In this document: positions 7,374-16,832 of the stretch, one piece after another
How positions within the stretch are numbered: the first letter of the stretch is position 1
Layout of the letters: each line of letters opens with the position of its first letter
Assembly (NCBI GenBank): GCA_949948775.1
Contig: CATLHC010000002.1
Coordinates: 20,211 to 84,210, forward strand
From: an uncultured Oscillospiraceae bacterium
Lineage (GTDB): Bacteria; Bacillota; Clostridia; Oscillospirales; Oscillospiraceae
Length of the DNA: 64,000 nucleotides
Direction: 5' to 3'
Notes under the pieces: generated by a model
Told to the model about the DNA's origin: nothing
Databases searched by the model: none
What the model saw: the letters and a program-made list of their open reading frames with translations, nothing else
Translations under genes and position numbers: made by a program

Positions 7374-10223
7374 ATGGCGTCCATCACCAGTATGAGCAAC
7401 AGCAGCTACAATACCAGCAGTATTTACGGCAACCGAAATGTACTCAGCGGACTGGCCAGCGGCATGGATACCGAGTCCATGATCGAAAATGCGGTATCCG
7501 GCATTAAAATCAAGATACAGAACCTGATTAAGAAGCGCACCAAGGTGGAGTGGCAGCAGGAGGCTTACCGCAGCATTATTGATAAGGCGGTGAACTTCAA
7601 CCAAAAGTACACCTCTTACTCCTCCAAGACCAACCTGCTCAGCCAGAGCTTTTTCAGCAACGCGGTGAACACCGTCGCCAACGGCACCTATAAGGACAAG
7701 GTCACCGCCAGCGGCAAGTCCTCCAGCGACATCAAGATCAACGCGGTGAAGCAGCTGGCCACCAACGCCTCCTATACGGTGTCCGGCCTGAACACCCCCT
7801 TGACCGGCACCAACGGCAGCGTCCAGGCCGCTAAGGGCTTTGATATCGCGGGAACAACTCCGGTGAGCACCGTGTCCGGTTCGCTGTCCTTCCAGTACGG
7901 CGGCACCAACGGTACGATCTTCGACATCAGGTTCGACGAGCTGGAGAACGTCAACGAAGTCAAGGTGTATAACGAGGACGGCACGGAAAAGACCGACGCC
8001 ACCAACGCTGAGAAGCTGGCCCAGGCCATCAACAACAAGCTGGGCGAGATCACTTACAGCTACACGAAGAACGGCGTCCAGGAGACCACCACCGCCGACA
8101 AGGTCGTCAAGGTGGAAGCCGATCCCATTTTCGGCAGTATCTCGCTCTCCGACGGCCTGGAGGAAGGCAATAAGGTCAATATCTGCTTTGTCTCCGGCGA
8201 CATTGAGGACACCTTGGGCATCAGCAAGGGGGACACGTCGATCCGGGGGTACCAGGCCTTTACTAAAAATGTCGACACCAGGGATTATCTGGCCGACAAG
8301 GAGCTGGGCGTCACCTTCAACGGCGTCACCAAAAAGATCAGCCTGGCCGACGTGGTCAAGAACTCCAAGGTCACAGATGACGATCCCGTCGGTACCGACG
8401 AAAACCAGAAGTTTGTGGACGCGCTGCAAAGCGAGCTGGACGACGCCTTCGGCGCGGGCAAGATCAAGGCGTCCTATGAGGACGGCAAGCTGTCCTTTGC
8501 GCCCGAAGGCAAGGGCGATACCCTGAGCGTGGGCGGCTCCGTCGTGAAGGCCCTGGGCTTTGAGGACGGGGACAGCAATTACGTCAACGCCACCAAGAAG
8601 CTGTCCGACCTGGTGGGCGAGGGCTTTTTCAAGAAAGAGAACCGGCTGATGGGCGAGTTTGACGAGGGCGCCAAGCCCACGCTGAGCAAAAACGGGACCT
8701 ACTATGTGGACAGCAAGGGCAACAGGGTGGACGAGGAGGGCTACCGCCTTAGCAATGACGACAAGTATCTCTACGACTTCCAGATTAACGACGCCCACAT
8801 CAACATCACCGAGGACACCACCCTGGAGAATCTGATGAACTCCATCAACTCCAACGCCGAGGCGGGGGTGAAGGTGAGCTACTCCAAGCTGACCAACGAG
8901 TTCAAGTTCACCGCCACCGAGACCGGCGCCAACAGCAAAATTGAGTTCGAAGGGCTGGCCAAGGATTTGTTTGCCCCCTCCGGCAAGGAGGTCAACCACA
9001 ATTTCGCGGACAACTATGGCTTCAACTGGCTGAAGGACGGCGAGACTGAGAGAATAACAGTCCAGTTGGACGGCAGTCATCTCGAATTCAACATCACGAG
9101 AGAAACAACCATGCAGGACTTTGCCAAGGCGCTCAATGAGAGTCCGGCGGGGCTGCGCGCCTCCTATAATGAAGAGACGGGCCAGCTTATGGTAACTAAT
9201 AGGCAGACCGGCGCGAAAGAGGAATTTACGGTTAAGGATCATTGGGGAGATCCCTATGAGCGCGAGGTCGAGCCCCTTGCCACCTATACCGCCGGCCAGG
9301 ACGCCATCATGGACGTGACCATCAACGGCAAGCGGTTCAAAGACCTGACCCGTTCCAGCAACAGCTTCGACATTGATGGCCTCACCGTCAACGTGAAGGG
9401 TGAGTTCAACAAGGATGGCACGGTGGAGGCCGACGGCACCGTGAAGGACGCCGAGGGCAATGTTGTGGACCCCATCACCTTCACCACCACCACCGATTCC
9501 GACAAGATCGTTGACACCATCCGGGAGTTCGTCAACGATTACAACGAGATGATCACCGAGATCAAGAACCAGTATTCCACACAGCCCGCCTACAAAAACA
9601 AGAACACCCGGTACGAGCCCCTCACCGCCGAACAGGAGGAGCAGTATTCCGAGAGCGAGCTGAAGGCCTACAACGAGAAGGCCAAGCAGGGCATTTTGTT
9701 CGGCGACTCCAACCTGTCCAGCATGTACAGCAAGCTGCTCAACGCCATCCAGCCCGGCGGCACCGACGGCCAGACCCTGCGGGAGATCGGCATCGGCACC
9801 TCCTATGAGGGCGGCCTGACCACTCTGAGTCTGGATGAGGATAAGCTGCGCGCGGCGCTGGACAGCGACCCGGACAAGGTGAAGAACGCCTTTGCCAAGA
9901 CGAGGGAGAGCGGCTCCGCTTCCGACGGCCTGATGAAGAACATGCAGAAGACCTTGGACACCTATGTCAAAACCACTGGTGAGCCCAAGGGCGTGCTGAT
10001 CAACCGGGCCGGCTCCATCAAGGCGTATACCTCGCTGAACAACAACAGCCTGAAGAGCCAGATCGACAACATCGATCAGCAGATCGAGCGCTGGGAGAAC
10101 AAGATGTCCGACCAGATCGACCGCTATACCACCCAATTCAGCCGCCTGGAGCAGCTGATCGCCGAGATGAACTCCCAGTCCTCCGCCTTCTCGGGCCTGA
10201 TGGGCGGCTCCTCCGGCTACTAA
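7374..10223 (+). CDS. fliD: Flagellar filament cap protein FliD (unusually long, about 950 aa)
   Basis: SGLASGMDTESMIE N-terminus, QLAT, GQDA, RSSNSFDIDG, FVNDYN, LFGDS, RYTTQFSRLEQLIAEMNSQS C-terminus; ATG at 7374 after AAGGAG. Confidence 0.95.
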   Translation: MASITSMSNSSYNTSSIYGNRNVLSGLASGMDTESMIENAVSGIKIKIQNLIKKRTKVEWQQEAYRSIIDKAVNFNQKYTSYSSKTNLLSQSFFSNAVNTVANGTYKDKVTASGKSSSDIKINAVKQLATNASYTVSGLNTPLTGTNGSVQAAKGFDIAGTTPVSTVSGSLSFQYGGTNGTIFDIRFDELENVNEVKVYNEDGTEKTDATNAEKLAQAINNKLGEITYSYTKNGVQETTTADKVVKVEADPIFGSISLSDGLEEGNKVNICFVSGDIEDTLGISKGDTSIRGYQAFTKNVDTRDYLADKELGVTFNGVTKKISLADVVKNSKVTDDDPVGTDENQKFVDALQSELDDAFGAGKIKASYEDGKLSFAPEGKGDTLSVGGSVVKALGFEDGDSNYVNATKKLSDLVGEGFFKKENRLMGEFDEGAKPTLSKNGTYYVDSKGNRVDEEGYRLSNDDKYLYDFQINDAHINITEDTTLENLMNSINSNAEAGVKVSYSKLTNEFKFTATETGANSKIEFEGLAKDLFAPSGKEVNHNFADNYGFNWLKDGETERITVQLDGSHLEFNITRETTMQDFAKALNESPAGLRASYNEETGQLMVTNRQTGAKEEFTVKDHWGDPYEREVEPLATYTAGQDAIMDVTINGKRFKDLTRSSNSFDIDGLTVNVKGEFNKDGTVEADGTVKDAEGNVVDPITFTTTTDSDKIVDTIREFVNDYNEMITEIKNQYSTQPAYKNKNTRYEPLTAEQEEQYSESELKAYNEKAKQGILFGDSNLSSMYSKLLNAIQPGGTDGQTLREIGIGTSYEGGLTTLSLDEDKLRAALDSDPDKVKNAFAKTRESGSASDGLMKNMQKTLDTYVKTTGEPKGVLINRAGSIKAYTSLNNNSLKSQIDNIDQQIERWENKMSDQIDRYTTQFSRLEQLIAEMNSQSSAFSGLMGGSSGY

Positions 10224-10253
10224 ACCATCTCACCGACTAAGAAGGAGTCAAGA

Positions 10254-10673
10254 ATGGACAGAAAAGGGTTCCAGGGGTATCAGGGTTACAAGGAGCAGGG
10301 CATCAATGATATGACCCCTGGGGAGCTGCTCATGCTGCTGTATGATGAGCTGGTTAAGCGCCTGCTGCGCGCGGGCCTTGCGCTGGATAAAACGGATTAC
10401 GCACTGTTTGAGGCCAGTGTGGACCGCAGCTTGGAGATTATCCGCTACCTGGACGACACCCTGGATATGCAATATCCTATCAGCCGGAATCTGAACCGCC
10501 TGTACGATTACTTTGGCTTCGAGCTTAACCGGGTGAAGGCCGGGCGGAACAGAACCGAGCTGGACCGGGTCAAGACCATGGTAAGCGAGCTGCGGGACAC
10601 CTTCCGGGAGGCGAACAAAAACGCCCTTCAGGAATTGGCCGGCGCCGCGGCCGAAAGCCAGGCTGGGGGCTGA
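10254..10673 (+). CDS. fliS: Flagellin export chaperone FliS
   Basis: YKEQGINDMTPGELLMLLYD..LDMQYPISRNLNRLYDY..ELRDTF; directly after fliD. Confidence 0.93.
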   Translation: MDRKGFQGYQGYKEQGINDMTPGELLMLLYDELVKRLLRAGLALDKTDYALFEASVDRSLEIIRYLDDTLDMQYPISRNLNRLYDYFGFELNRVKAGRNRTELDRVKTMVSELRDTFREANKNALQELAGAAAESQAGG

Positions 10674-10677
10674 TCCC

Positions 10678-11076
10678 ATGGGGGAAAAGGCTGTGATGGA
10701 TGCTCTGGTGCAGATGAAGCGCACGGGCAACCTGCTCAATGAGCTGTGGGACCTGACGCAGCAGCTGGGTCAGTCCATCGACCGCAACGACCAGGTAAGT
10801 ATGCAGATGTTGATTGCCATGAGGGAAGAGCCGCTGGGCAAGCTTCAGGCGGCGGACCAGGCCCTGCGGGAGCAGCTGGAAGCCCTTCCCGACAGGGAGG
10901 AGGCCCGGCAGCTGGCCGGTATGCTCAACGGCGGCCCCCCTGTGGACCCGGCTCAAAAACCCCCGCAGCTGCTGTGCGAACAAGTGGCTTCCAACAACCG
11001 CCGGCTCAAGCAGGTGATCGATCTGGACCGACTGCTGAACCAGCGGTTGGGCCGAGAAAAGTCAGTCTACCAATAA
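10678..11076 (+). CDS. Helical flagellar accessory protein (FliT/FlgN-like chaperone position)
   Basis: 132-aa helical protein co-oriented after fliD-fliS; assignment by context only. Confidence 0.55.
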   Translation: MGEKAVMDALVQMKRTGNLLNELWDLTQQLGQSIDRNDQVSMQMLIAMREEPLGKLQAADQALREQLEALPDREEARQLAGMLNGGPPVDPAQKPPQLLCEQVASNNRRLKQVIDLDRLLNQRLGREKSVYQ

Positions 11077-11089
11077 GCGGGAAAAAACA

Positions 11090-11123
11090 AAATATCGGCC
11101 CGGTGAATCACCGGGCCGATATT
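11090..11123. terminator. Hairpin terminator between fliD operon and convergent C39 gene
   Basis: AATATCGGCCCGGTG-aat-CACCGGGCCGATATT inverted repeat with adjacent A-run (U-tract on minus strand). Confidence 0.75.
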
Positions 11124-11143
11124 GCACGAACAAATAAAATATG

Positions 11144-12106
11144 CTATGATGTAGGGGAGACGGTGAGCGACCACAGGGGCGCGCCGTTGTCCCGGGCGGA
11201 GGACAGCTCATCCAAAATGAGCTGGGGGTCCCAGAGTTCCAGGCTGCGCTCCAGGCTGTTGGGGTCGGCCACCAGAACGTCTCCGGTGAGGGTGGTCCCC
11301 CGCAGGAGGATGAAGTGGCCGCCGTTGGTGAAATGGCCCTTTCCCATGAGGGCCACCACCATCCCGCCGGCGCTGAGCACGGAACGCACTTCCTGCGGCG
11401 TGCGCTCGGTGATGGGGGCCGCCTCCAGGCCAAAGCCGCGGGCCACACCCTGAACGATGGAGTGGTAGGAACCGCTTCCCCGCGCCCAGTAGCCGTGCTC
11501 CACGACCCAGTCGGCCATCTTGGCCGGGTCGGTGTCCGTATCCGTCATGCTGGCCACGGCCATGGCCATGGCGGTAGGTCCGCAGCCGTAGGGACCGATG
11601 GGGTCCGTGCCGTAGAGCTGATTGGCCCACTCCTCGTCGGCCTGGCAGAAGTAGACCACATCCACGGAGCCGCCGGTGAGGATCTGACGGCCGTCGATCT
11701 CCATCACCTCGGTGAGAGGAGGATCGGTGGCCGAAGCCCACGGGTCCTGAGGGGGCGGGGTTTCATCCAGCACCAGGACGATTTCCTCCGGTCCGCTGGT
11801 GAGGTCCTCCCAGGCCGCCGCGGCCTGGGACGCCAGTCCCGTGATCTGACGCCCGGTCCAGTTGGCGAATCGGACAACCTGAGTGCCCGCCGCCTGGAGG
11901 AAACGCCCGGCGGCGTCCAGCGCGGCCCTCCCCGTATCCGCGGCCACGGCGGCGGCGTAGCGGGCGGGAGCCACAATGCGCTCGTAGGTTTCGGGCGCGA
12001 AGTGGCGGCAGGCGGCCAGCTCCACACCGCCGATGCACAGCACCGCCAGCAGCGCCGCGAGGATGATATTCCGCGCCAGATGGCGGGAGCTTTTGCGACC
12101 TTTCAA
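11144..12106 (-). CDS. Membrane-anchored C39-like (papain-fold) cysteine peptidase
   Basis: N-terminal hydrophobic anchor; YFCQAD..W, GCGPTAMAMA (Cys), GHFILL (His), VADP (Asp); probable TTG start at 12106 after GAGGGGAGG. Confidence 0.85.
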   Translation of the reverse strand: MKGRKSSRHLARNIILAALLAVLCIGGVELAACRHFAPETYERIVAPARYAAAVAADTGRAALDAAGRFLQAAGTQVVRFANWTGRQITGLASQAAAAWEDLTSGPEEIVLVLDETPPPQDPWASATDPPLTEVMEIDGRQILTGGSVDVVYFCQADEEWANQLYGTDPIGPYGCGPTAMAMAVASMTDTDTDPAKMADWVVEHGYWARGSGSYHSIVQGVARGFGLEAAPITERTPQEVRSVLSAGGMVVALMGKGHFTNGGHFILLRGTTLTGDVLVADPNSLERSLELWDPQLILDELSSARDNGAPLWSLTVSPTS

Positions 12107-12216
12107 CTGTATCCCTCCCCTCAATCGGGATGCTCCTATTATATCAGAAAAAACGTCTTTTTCAATGGAAAGAAATTTGACCCAGCCCGATCCGCTTTGA
12201 AAGCCAGGAGACGTCT

Positions 12217-12993
12217 ATGCCCACCATTTATTTGGAACACGTTTCAAAATTCTATAAGCCCAAGCGAAGGCGAAAGGGTCCTGTGCACCAGGATATGGGT
12301 GTGGAGGATGTGGACCTAACCATTCACCAGGGAGAGTTTGTTTTCGTGGTGGGAGGCAGCGGCGCGGGAAAGAGCACGTTGCTGCGCCTCATGACCGGCG
12401 AAACGAAGCCCAGCCAGGGGGCGGTGTATCTGGGGGACCGGGATCTGAATCGGGCGCTGCTGCTCAGTCGCAACCGGATGTCGACGATGTTCGGCAAAAT
12501 CTGGCAGGACCCCACTCTGATCCGAAAAAAAACCATTGGGGAAAATTTAGCCCTGGCCTCCCAGATTGCCGTGGGCCGGGAGAGCGCCCGCGTGGTGGAC
12601 ATCCGCATCAAAAAGGTATTGGGCCTGGTGGGAATGAAGGGCGTGGAACGCAAATATCCTGTGGAGCTGTCCATCGGAGAGTGCCGCCGGGTGGAGCTGG
12701 CCCGGGCCCTCATTGGAAGTCCGCCGATCCTCGTGCTGGATGAGATCACCGCTAACCTGGATGACGACTGCATCTGGGATACGCTTCATCTACTCAACGA
12801 CGTGAACCGCCGGGGCACCACCGTCGTCATGGCCACCCATGACAGCCAGTACGTGAACATCCTCCGGCGGCGGGTCATCACCATGTCGGGCGGTCGGATG
12901 ATCAAGGACGAGCAGAAGGGAAAATACGGCGATGTGCTGGAAAAGGAACGGAAACCCCTGTCCCTCTCCAAGCTCAGAACCGATTTCATATAA
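12217..12993 (+). CDS. FtsE-like ABC ATP-binding protein without adjacent permease
   Basis: GEFVFVVGGSGAGKSTLL, altered signature LSIGECRRV, DEITANLD, GTTVVMATHD, FtsE-like tail RRVITM..G..IKDEQKGKY. Confidence 0.85.
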   Translation: MPTIYLEHVSKFYKPKRRRKGPVHQDMGVEDVDLTIHQGEFVFVVGGSGAGKSTLLRLMTGETKPSQGAVYLGDRDLNRALLLSRNRMSTMFGKIWQDPTLIRKKTIGENLALASQIAVGRESARVVDIRIKKVLGLVGMKGVERKYPVELSIGECRRVELARALIGSPPILVLDEITANLDDDCIWDTLHLLNDVNRRGTTVVMATHDSQYVNILRRRVITMSGGRMIKDEQKGKYGDVLEKERKPLSLSKLRTDFI

Positions 12994-13032
12994 ATATATC
13001 AATCACAGCAAGAAATCGAGGAGGAAGAGTTC

Positions 13033-14820
13033 ATGATCAAAAACATGAAGATCAAAAAAAGCCTGATCCTGGGATTCGGGGTCACCATCGTCGTGTCCGT
13101 GATCATCATCATCGCGTCGCTCATCCTGATGAACGTGCAGAAGAACCAGTACAACGATATTTTGGATCGCTATGTAGCGGCCAATAACATGGTGTCCAAG
13201 AGCCGTATCGACTATAACATCGCCGCCCGCAACCTGCGGGACGCGGTGCTGTCCAGCCAGACCAGCAGCCTGGACACCACTGCTGCAAAGATCACCGAGC
13301 TGGAGCAGGATCTGCAGCAGCTGACCAGTATGTACCCGCTGGAGGACAAGACGGCCCTGGATAAGTTCACCACCCTGGCCAACAGCTGGATTAAGGAGGC
13401 GCAGACCATTGCCTCCGTCACCCGCACCGATCAGAAGCAGGCCGCGGTGCTGATCGTGTCCGACTGTACCCCGGTGCTGAACCAGATGGCCGATGCCGGC
13501 AACCAGCTGGACCAGGAGATCTCGGACGCCGAGGAAGCTATCATCAAGCAGCAGGACATGGTGTCCAACATCGCCCTGGGTATCATCCTGGCCGTGATGG
13601 TGATCGCCACCATCGTGGTGCTGCGCATTGCACTGATTATCATCAAGTCCATCACTGTTCCCGCCCAGCAGGTTCATGAGGCCCTGGAGGGCTTCAGCCA
13701 GGGCAAGCTGGACATCCCCGTGGAGTATCACAGCACCAGCGAGCTGGGCGAGATGTGCGACGCCCTGCGCACCAGTCAGAACGTGCTGGGCGAGGTCATC
13801 AGCGATACCTGCCGTCTGCTGGAAGAAATGGGCAACGGCAACTTCGATGTACGCTCCAAGGACGCCAATATGTATGTGGGCGCCCTGAGCAGCATTCTCA
13901 GCTCCGTGCGGGCCATCAACGGCGGCCTCAGCGACGCCCTGTCCCAGATCAACCAGAGCGCCGAGCAGGTGTCCGCCGGCGCCGAGCAGGTGTCCACCGG
14001 CGCCCAGTCCCTGGCCCAGGGCGCTACCGAGCAGGCCAGCGCCGTGGAGGAGCTGTCCGCTACCATCGCAGAGATCGCCAACAACTCCCGCAAGAACGCC
14101 GAAAACAGTGAAAAGGCTGCGGCCCACTCCAACGACGCCGGCCAGAGCCTCAGCGAGAGCTCCGAGTACATGCAGCAGATGGTGTCCGCCATGGAGAAGA
14201 TCTCCGAGTCCTCTTCCGAGATCGGCAAGATCATCGCCACTATTGAGAACATCGCGTTCCAGACCAACATCCTGGCCCTGAACGCCGCCGTGGAGGCCGC
14301 CCGGGCGGGCAGCGCCGGTAAGGGCTTCGCCGTGGTGGCCGACGAGGTGCGCAACCTGTCCGCCAAGTCCGACGAGGCTGCCAAGGCTACGAAGGAGCTC
14401 ATTGACCGGTCCATCGTGTCCGTCAAGGAGGGCAATGAGATCGTCCAGAAGGTTTCCGCCGCCCTGCAGGCCACCAACGAGCGCGCCGGCTTGGTCGTGG
14501 CCTCCGTCCAGGAGATCACCAAGGCCGCCGAGGAGGAGTCCGAGGCCATCGCCCAGGTGACCGAGGGTATCGACCAGATCTCCAGCGTGGTGCAGACCAA
14601 CTCCGCCACCAGCGAGGAGTCCGCCGCCGCCAGCGAGGAGCTGTCCAGCCAGGCCGCCCTGATGAAGGAGCTGCTGGCCCGGTTCAAGCTGCGCCAGGAC
14701 GGCTTCGCCGCCAAGGCCCAGCCCGCCTACAGCGCCGCTTCCGCCGGCTCTTCCTCTTACGATGACGGTTATGACGCTCCGTCCAGCGGTTCCGCCGCCA
14801 GTGTGTTCAGCAAGTATTAA
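13033..14820 (+). CDS. Methyl-accepting chemotaxis protein (2 TM, four-helix sensor, HAMP, signalling domain)
   Basis: Two TM segments; IAFQTNILALNAAVEAARAGSAGKGFAVVADEVRNL signalling hairpin. Confidence 0.97.
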   Translation: MIKNMKIKKSLILGFGVTIVVSVIIIIASLILMNVQKNQYNDILDRYVAANNMVSKSRIDYNIAARNLRDAVLSSQTSSLDTTAAKITELEQDLQQLTSMYPLEDKTALDKFTTLANSWIKEAQTIASVTRTDQKQAAVLIVSDCTPVLNQMADAGNQLDQEISDAEEAIIKQQDMVSNIALGIILAVMVIATIVVLRIALIIIKSITVPAQQVHEALEGFSQGKLDIPVEYHSTSELGEMCDALRTSQNVLGEVISDTCRLLEEMGNGNFDVRSKDANMYVGALSSILSSVRAINGGLSDALSQINQSAEQVSAGAEQVSTGAQSLAQGATEQASAVEELSATIAEIANNSRKNAENSEKAAAHSNDAGQSLSESSEYMQQMVSAMEKISESSSEIGKIIATIENIAFQTNILALNAAVEAARAGSAGKGFAVVADEVRNLSAKSDEAAKATKELIDRSIVSVKEGNEIVQKVSAALQATNERAGLVVASVQEITKAAEEESEAIAQVTEGIDQISSVVQTNSATSEESAAASEELSSQAALMKELLARFKLRQDGFAAKAQPAYSAASAGSSSYDDGYDAPSSGSAASVFSKY

Positions 14821-14832
14821 GCAGCTCACAGC

Positions 14833-14872
14833 TGCCAGGGGGCGGCAGTTATGCCGTCCCCTGGCACTTTTC
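14833..14872 (+). terminator. Intrinsic terminator after MCP
   Basis: TGCCAGGGGGCGGCA-gtta-TGCCGTCCCCTGGCA followed by CTTTTT. Confidence 0.8.
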
Positions 14873-14905
14873 TATGATGAGATCCCTTGAGAGAGGAGCG
14901 GACCT

Positions 14906-16804
14906 ATGGCAGATATGAAGGCCCAGGATAAGGACCTGATCTTTGCGCTAGACATTGGCACGCGCAGCGTGGTAGGTGTGGTGGGCCGGCCGGTAGGAGA
15001 CCGGCTGAAGGTCATCGACGTGGAGATGGCCGAACACGGCAAAAGAGCCATGATGGACGGTCAGATCGACGATATCCGGCAGGTGGGCGGCCTGGCCAAA
15101 ACCGTCACTGACCGGCTGGCGGGCCGCCTGGGTGTGCGCCTAGAGCGGGTGTGTGTGGCCGCCGCCGGGCGGGCCCTGCGCACCCAGAAGGGCTCCTTTA
15201 CCCTGGAGCTGCCCGAGGAGCAGTCCATCGACGCCGAGCAGATCAGCCGGCTGGAGGCCGGGGCGGTGTCCGCCGCCGAGGAAGCGCTCCAGAGCGATGG
15301 CAGCGACCGCCGCCAGATGTTCCTGGTGGGCTATACCGTGGCCCAGTACCGGCTGGACAACTACCCTATGACGAATCTTCAGTATCATACCGGGCGTAAG
15401 GCGGAGGCCGACGTGGTGGCCACCTTCCTCCCTGGAGAGGTGGTGGAGAGCCTGTACGCCGCCATGCGCGCCGCGGGACTCCAGGTTGCCAGCATGACGC
15501 TGGAACCCATCGCTGCCATGAACGCGGCCATTCCGGCTGAGCTGCGGCTGCTGAATTTGGCCATGGTGGACATCGGCGCGGGCACCACGGATATCGCCCT
15601 GTGCCGGGACGGCAGCGTGGTGGGCTACACCATGGCCACGGTGGCTGGGGACGAGGTCACGGAGGCCATTATGCGCGCTTTTCTGGTGGACTTTAAGACC
15701 GCCGAGGAGATCAAGCGCTCCATTGGAGAGAGCGACGAGCTGATCCGCTGCCGGAATATTCTGGGGCAGGAGGAGCGGGTAGCCGTGTCTGAGGTGATCC
15801 AGACCATCCAGGAGCCCATGGATAAGCTGGCGGACGCCATCGCCAAGCAGATTCTAGGGGTCAACGGCACCCCGCCCTCCGCCGTATTTTTGGCGGGAGG
15901 GGGCAGTAAGCTGTCCGGTCTGCGGGAAAAAGTTGCCACCCAGCTGGAAATGGACGAGAAGCGGGTGGCCATCGCGGGCAACAATTTTGCCCTCAGTGTG
16001 TTCTCCGACAGCCTGGAGCTGGAAAAACCGGAATACGCCACCCCCCTGGGCATTGCCATCTCGGCGGGTCTGGGGCTGCTCAGCGACAGCTATGTGGTGA
16101 TCCTCAATGGCCAGACCGCCAAGCTGTTTCGCAACGGGGTGCTCACACTGCGGGACATCCTGCTGATGAACGGCTACAGCTATGCCGACATGGTGGGCAA
16201 AACGGGCAAGAGCCTGAACGTCAACCTGGACGGCAAGCGGCTGGTGTTCCGGGGTGAACCCGCCGTACCCGCCGTGCTGCGGGTAAACGGTGAGGAGGCC
16301 ACACTGTCCAGCGTGATCCACGCCGGGGACGAGATCAGCTTTATCCCGGCCCGTCCCGGTGAGGACGCCCACCGAACCCTGGCCGAGCTGCTGGGGGAAA
16401 ACTTCTATGGCAAGGCTATGGTGAACAACGCGATCGCCCCGATGGATCGGCCGCTGGCGCAGGGAGACGTGGTGCTCACGCTGCGCCAGGCGGCGCCTTC
16501 GCCGTCCCGGCCCGGGGCGCCCGCCGCTCCGGCGCAGCCCGTCTATGCGTCCGCTCCGGCGGCGCCCGCCCCCAACCAGCCGGTTCCACGGCCTTCAGAG
16601 GTGCACTTTTCCCTCAACGGCAAGTCCTTGGATCTTCCCCGGAAGGAGGACGGCTCTCCCTATTACCTGATGGACCTGCTGGAGTATTCCGGCATCGACT
16701 TTGAACATCTGGACCGGACGGTGCGCTTGGAGGTCAACGGCGTGGAGCGGGGCTTCCAGTATGCGCTGAAGGAGCAGGACTCCGTCACCATCACTCTGAC
16801 CTGA
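14906..16804 (+). CDS. FtsA/PilM-like actin-fold ATPase with C-terminal ThiS/MoaD-like beta-grasp repeats
   Basis: ALDIGTRSV, VDIGAGTTD, AEEIK, LAGGGS actin-fold motifs; C-terminal ~240 aa with repeated VNG....GD.I segments; no ftsZ adjacent. Confidence 0.85.
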   Translation: MADMKAQDKDLIFALDIGTRSVVGVVGRPVGDRLKVIDVEMAEHGKRAMMDGQIDDIRQVGGLAKTVTDRLAGRLGVRLERVCVAAAGRALRTQKGSFTLELPEEQSIDAEQISRLEAGAVSAAEEALQSDGSDRRQMFLVGYTVAQYRLDNYPMTNLQYHTGRKAEADVVATFLPGEVVESLYAAMRAAGLQVASMTLEPIAAMNAAIPAELRLLNLAMVDIGAGTTDIALCRDGSVVGYTMATVAGDEVTEAIMRAFLVDFKTAEEIKRSIGESDELIRCRNILGQEERVAVSEVIQTIQEPMDKLADAIAKQILGVNGTPPSAVFLAGGGSKLSGLREKVATQLEMDEKRVAIAGNNFALSVFSDSLELEKPEYATPLGIAISAGLGLLSDSYVVILNGQTAKLFRNGVLTLRDILLMNGYSYADMVGKTGKSLNVNLDGKRLVFRGEPAVPAVLRVNGEEATLSSVIHAGDEISFIPARPGEDAHRTLAELLGENFYGKAMVNNAIAPMDRPLAQGDVVLTLRQAAPSPSRPGAPAAPAQPVYASAPAAPAPNQPVPRPSEVHFSLNGKSLDLPRKEDGSPYYLMDLLEYSGIDFEHLDRTVRLEVNGVERGFQYALKEQDSVTITLT

Positions 16805-16832
16805 TAGACAGACGCAAGAGGTGTTGTAACCC

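Noticed and set aside
7317-10136. 939-aa antisense ORF over fliD (similar ORFs at 33312-36944, 40076-43531, 13003-14829, 21000-22577, 29096-30811)
   Set aside because: Shadow ORFs caused by high-GC codon bias; no recognisable domains, and they mirror well-supported genes
11090-11123. GCCGATAT (sigma-28 -10) on both strands of a palindrome
   Set aside because: No correctly spaced -35; explained as a terminator hairpin
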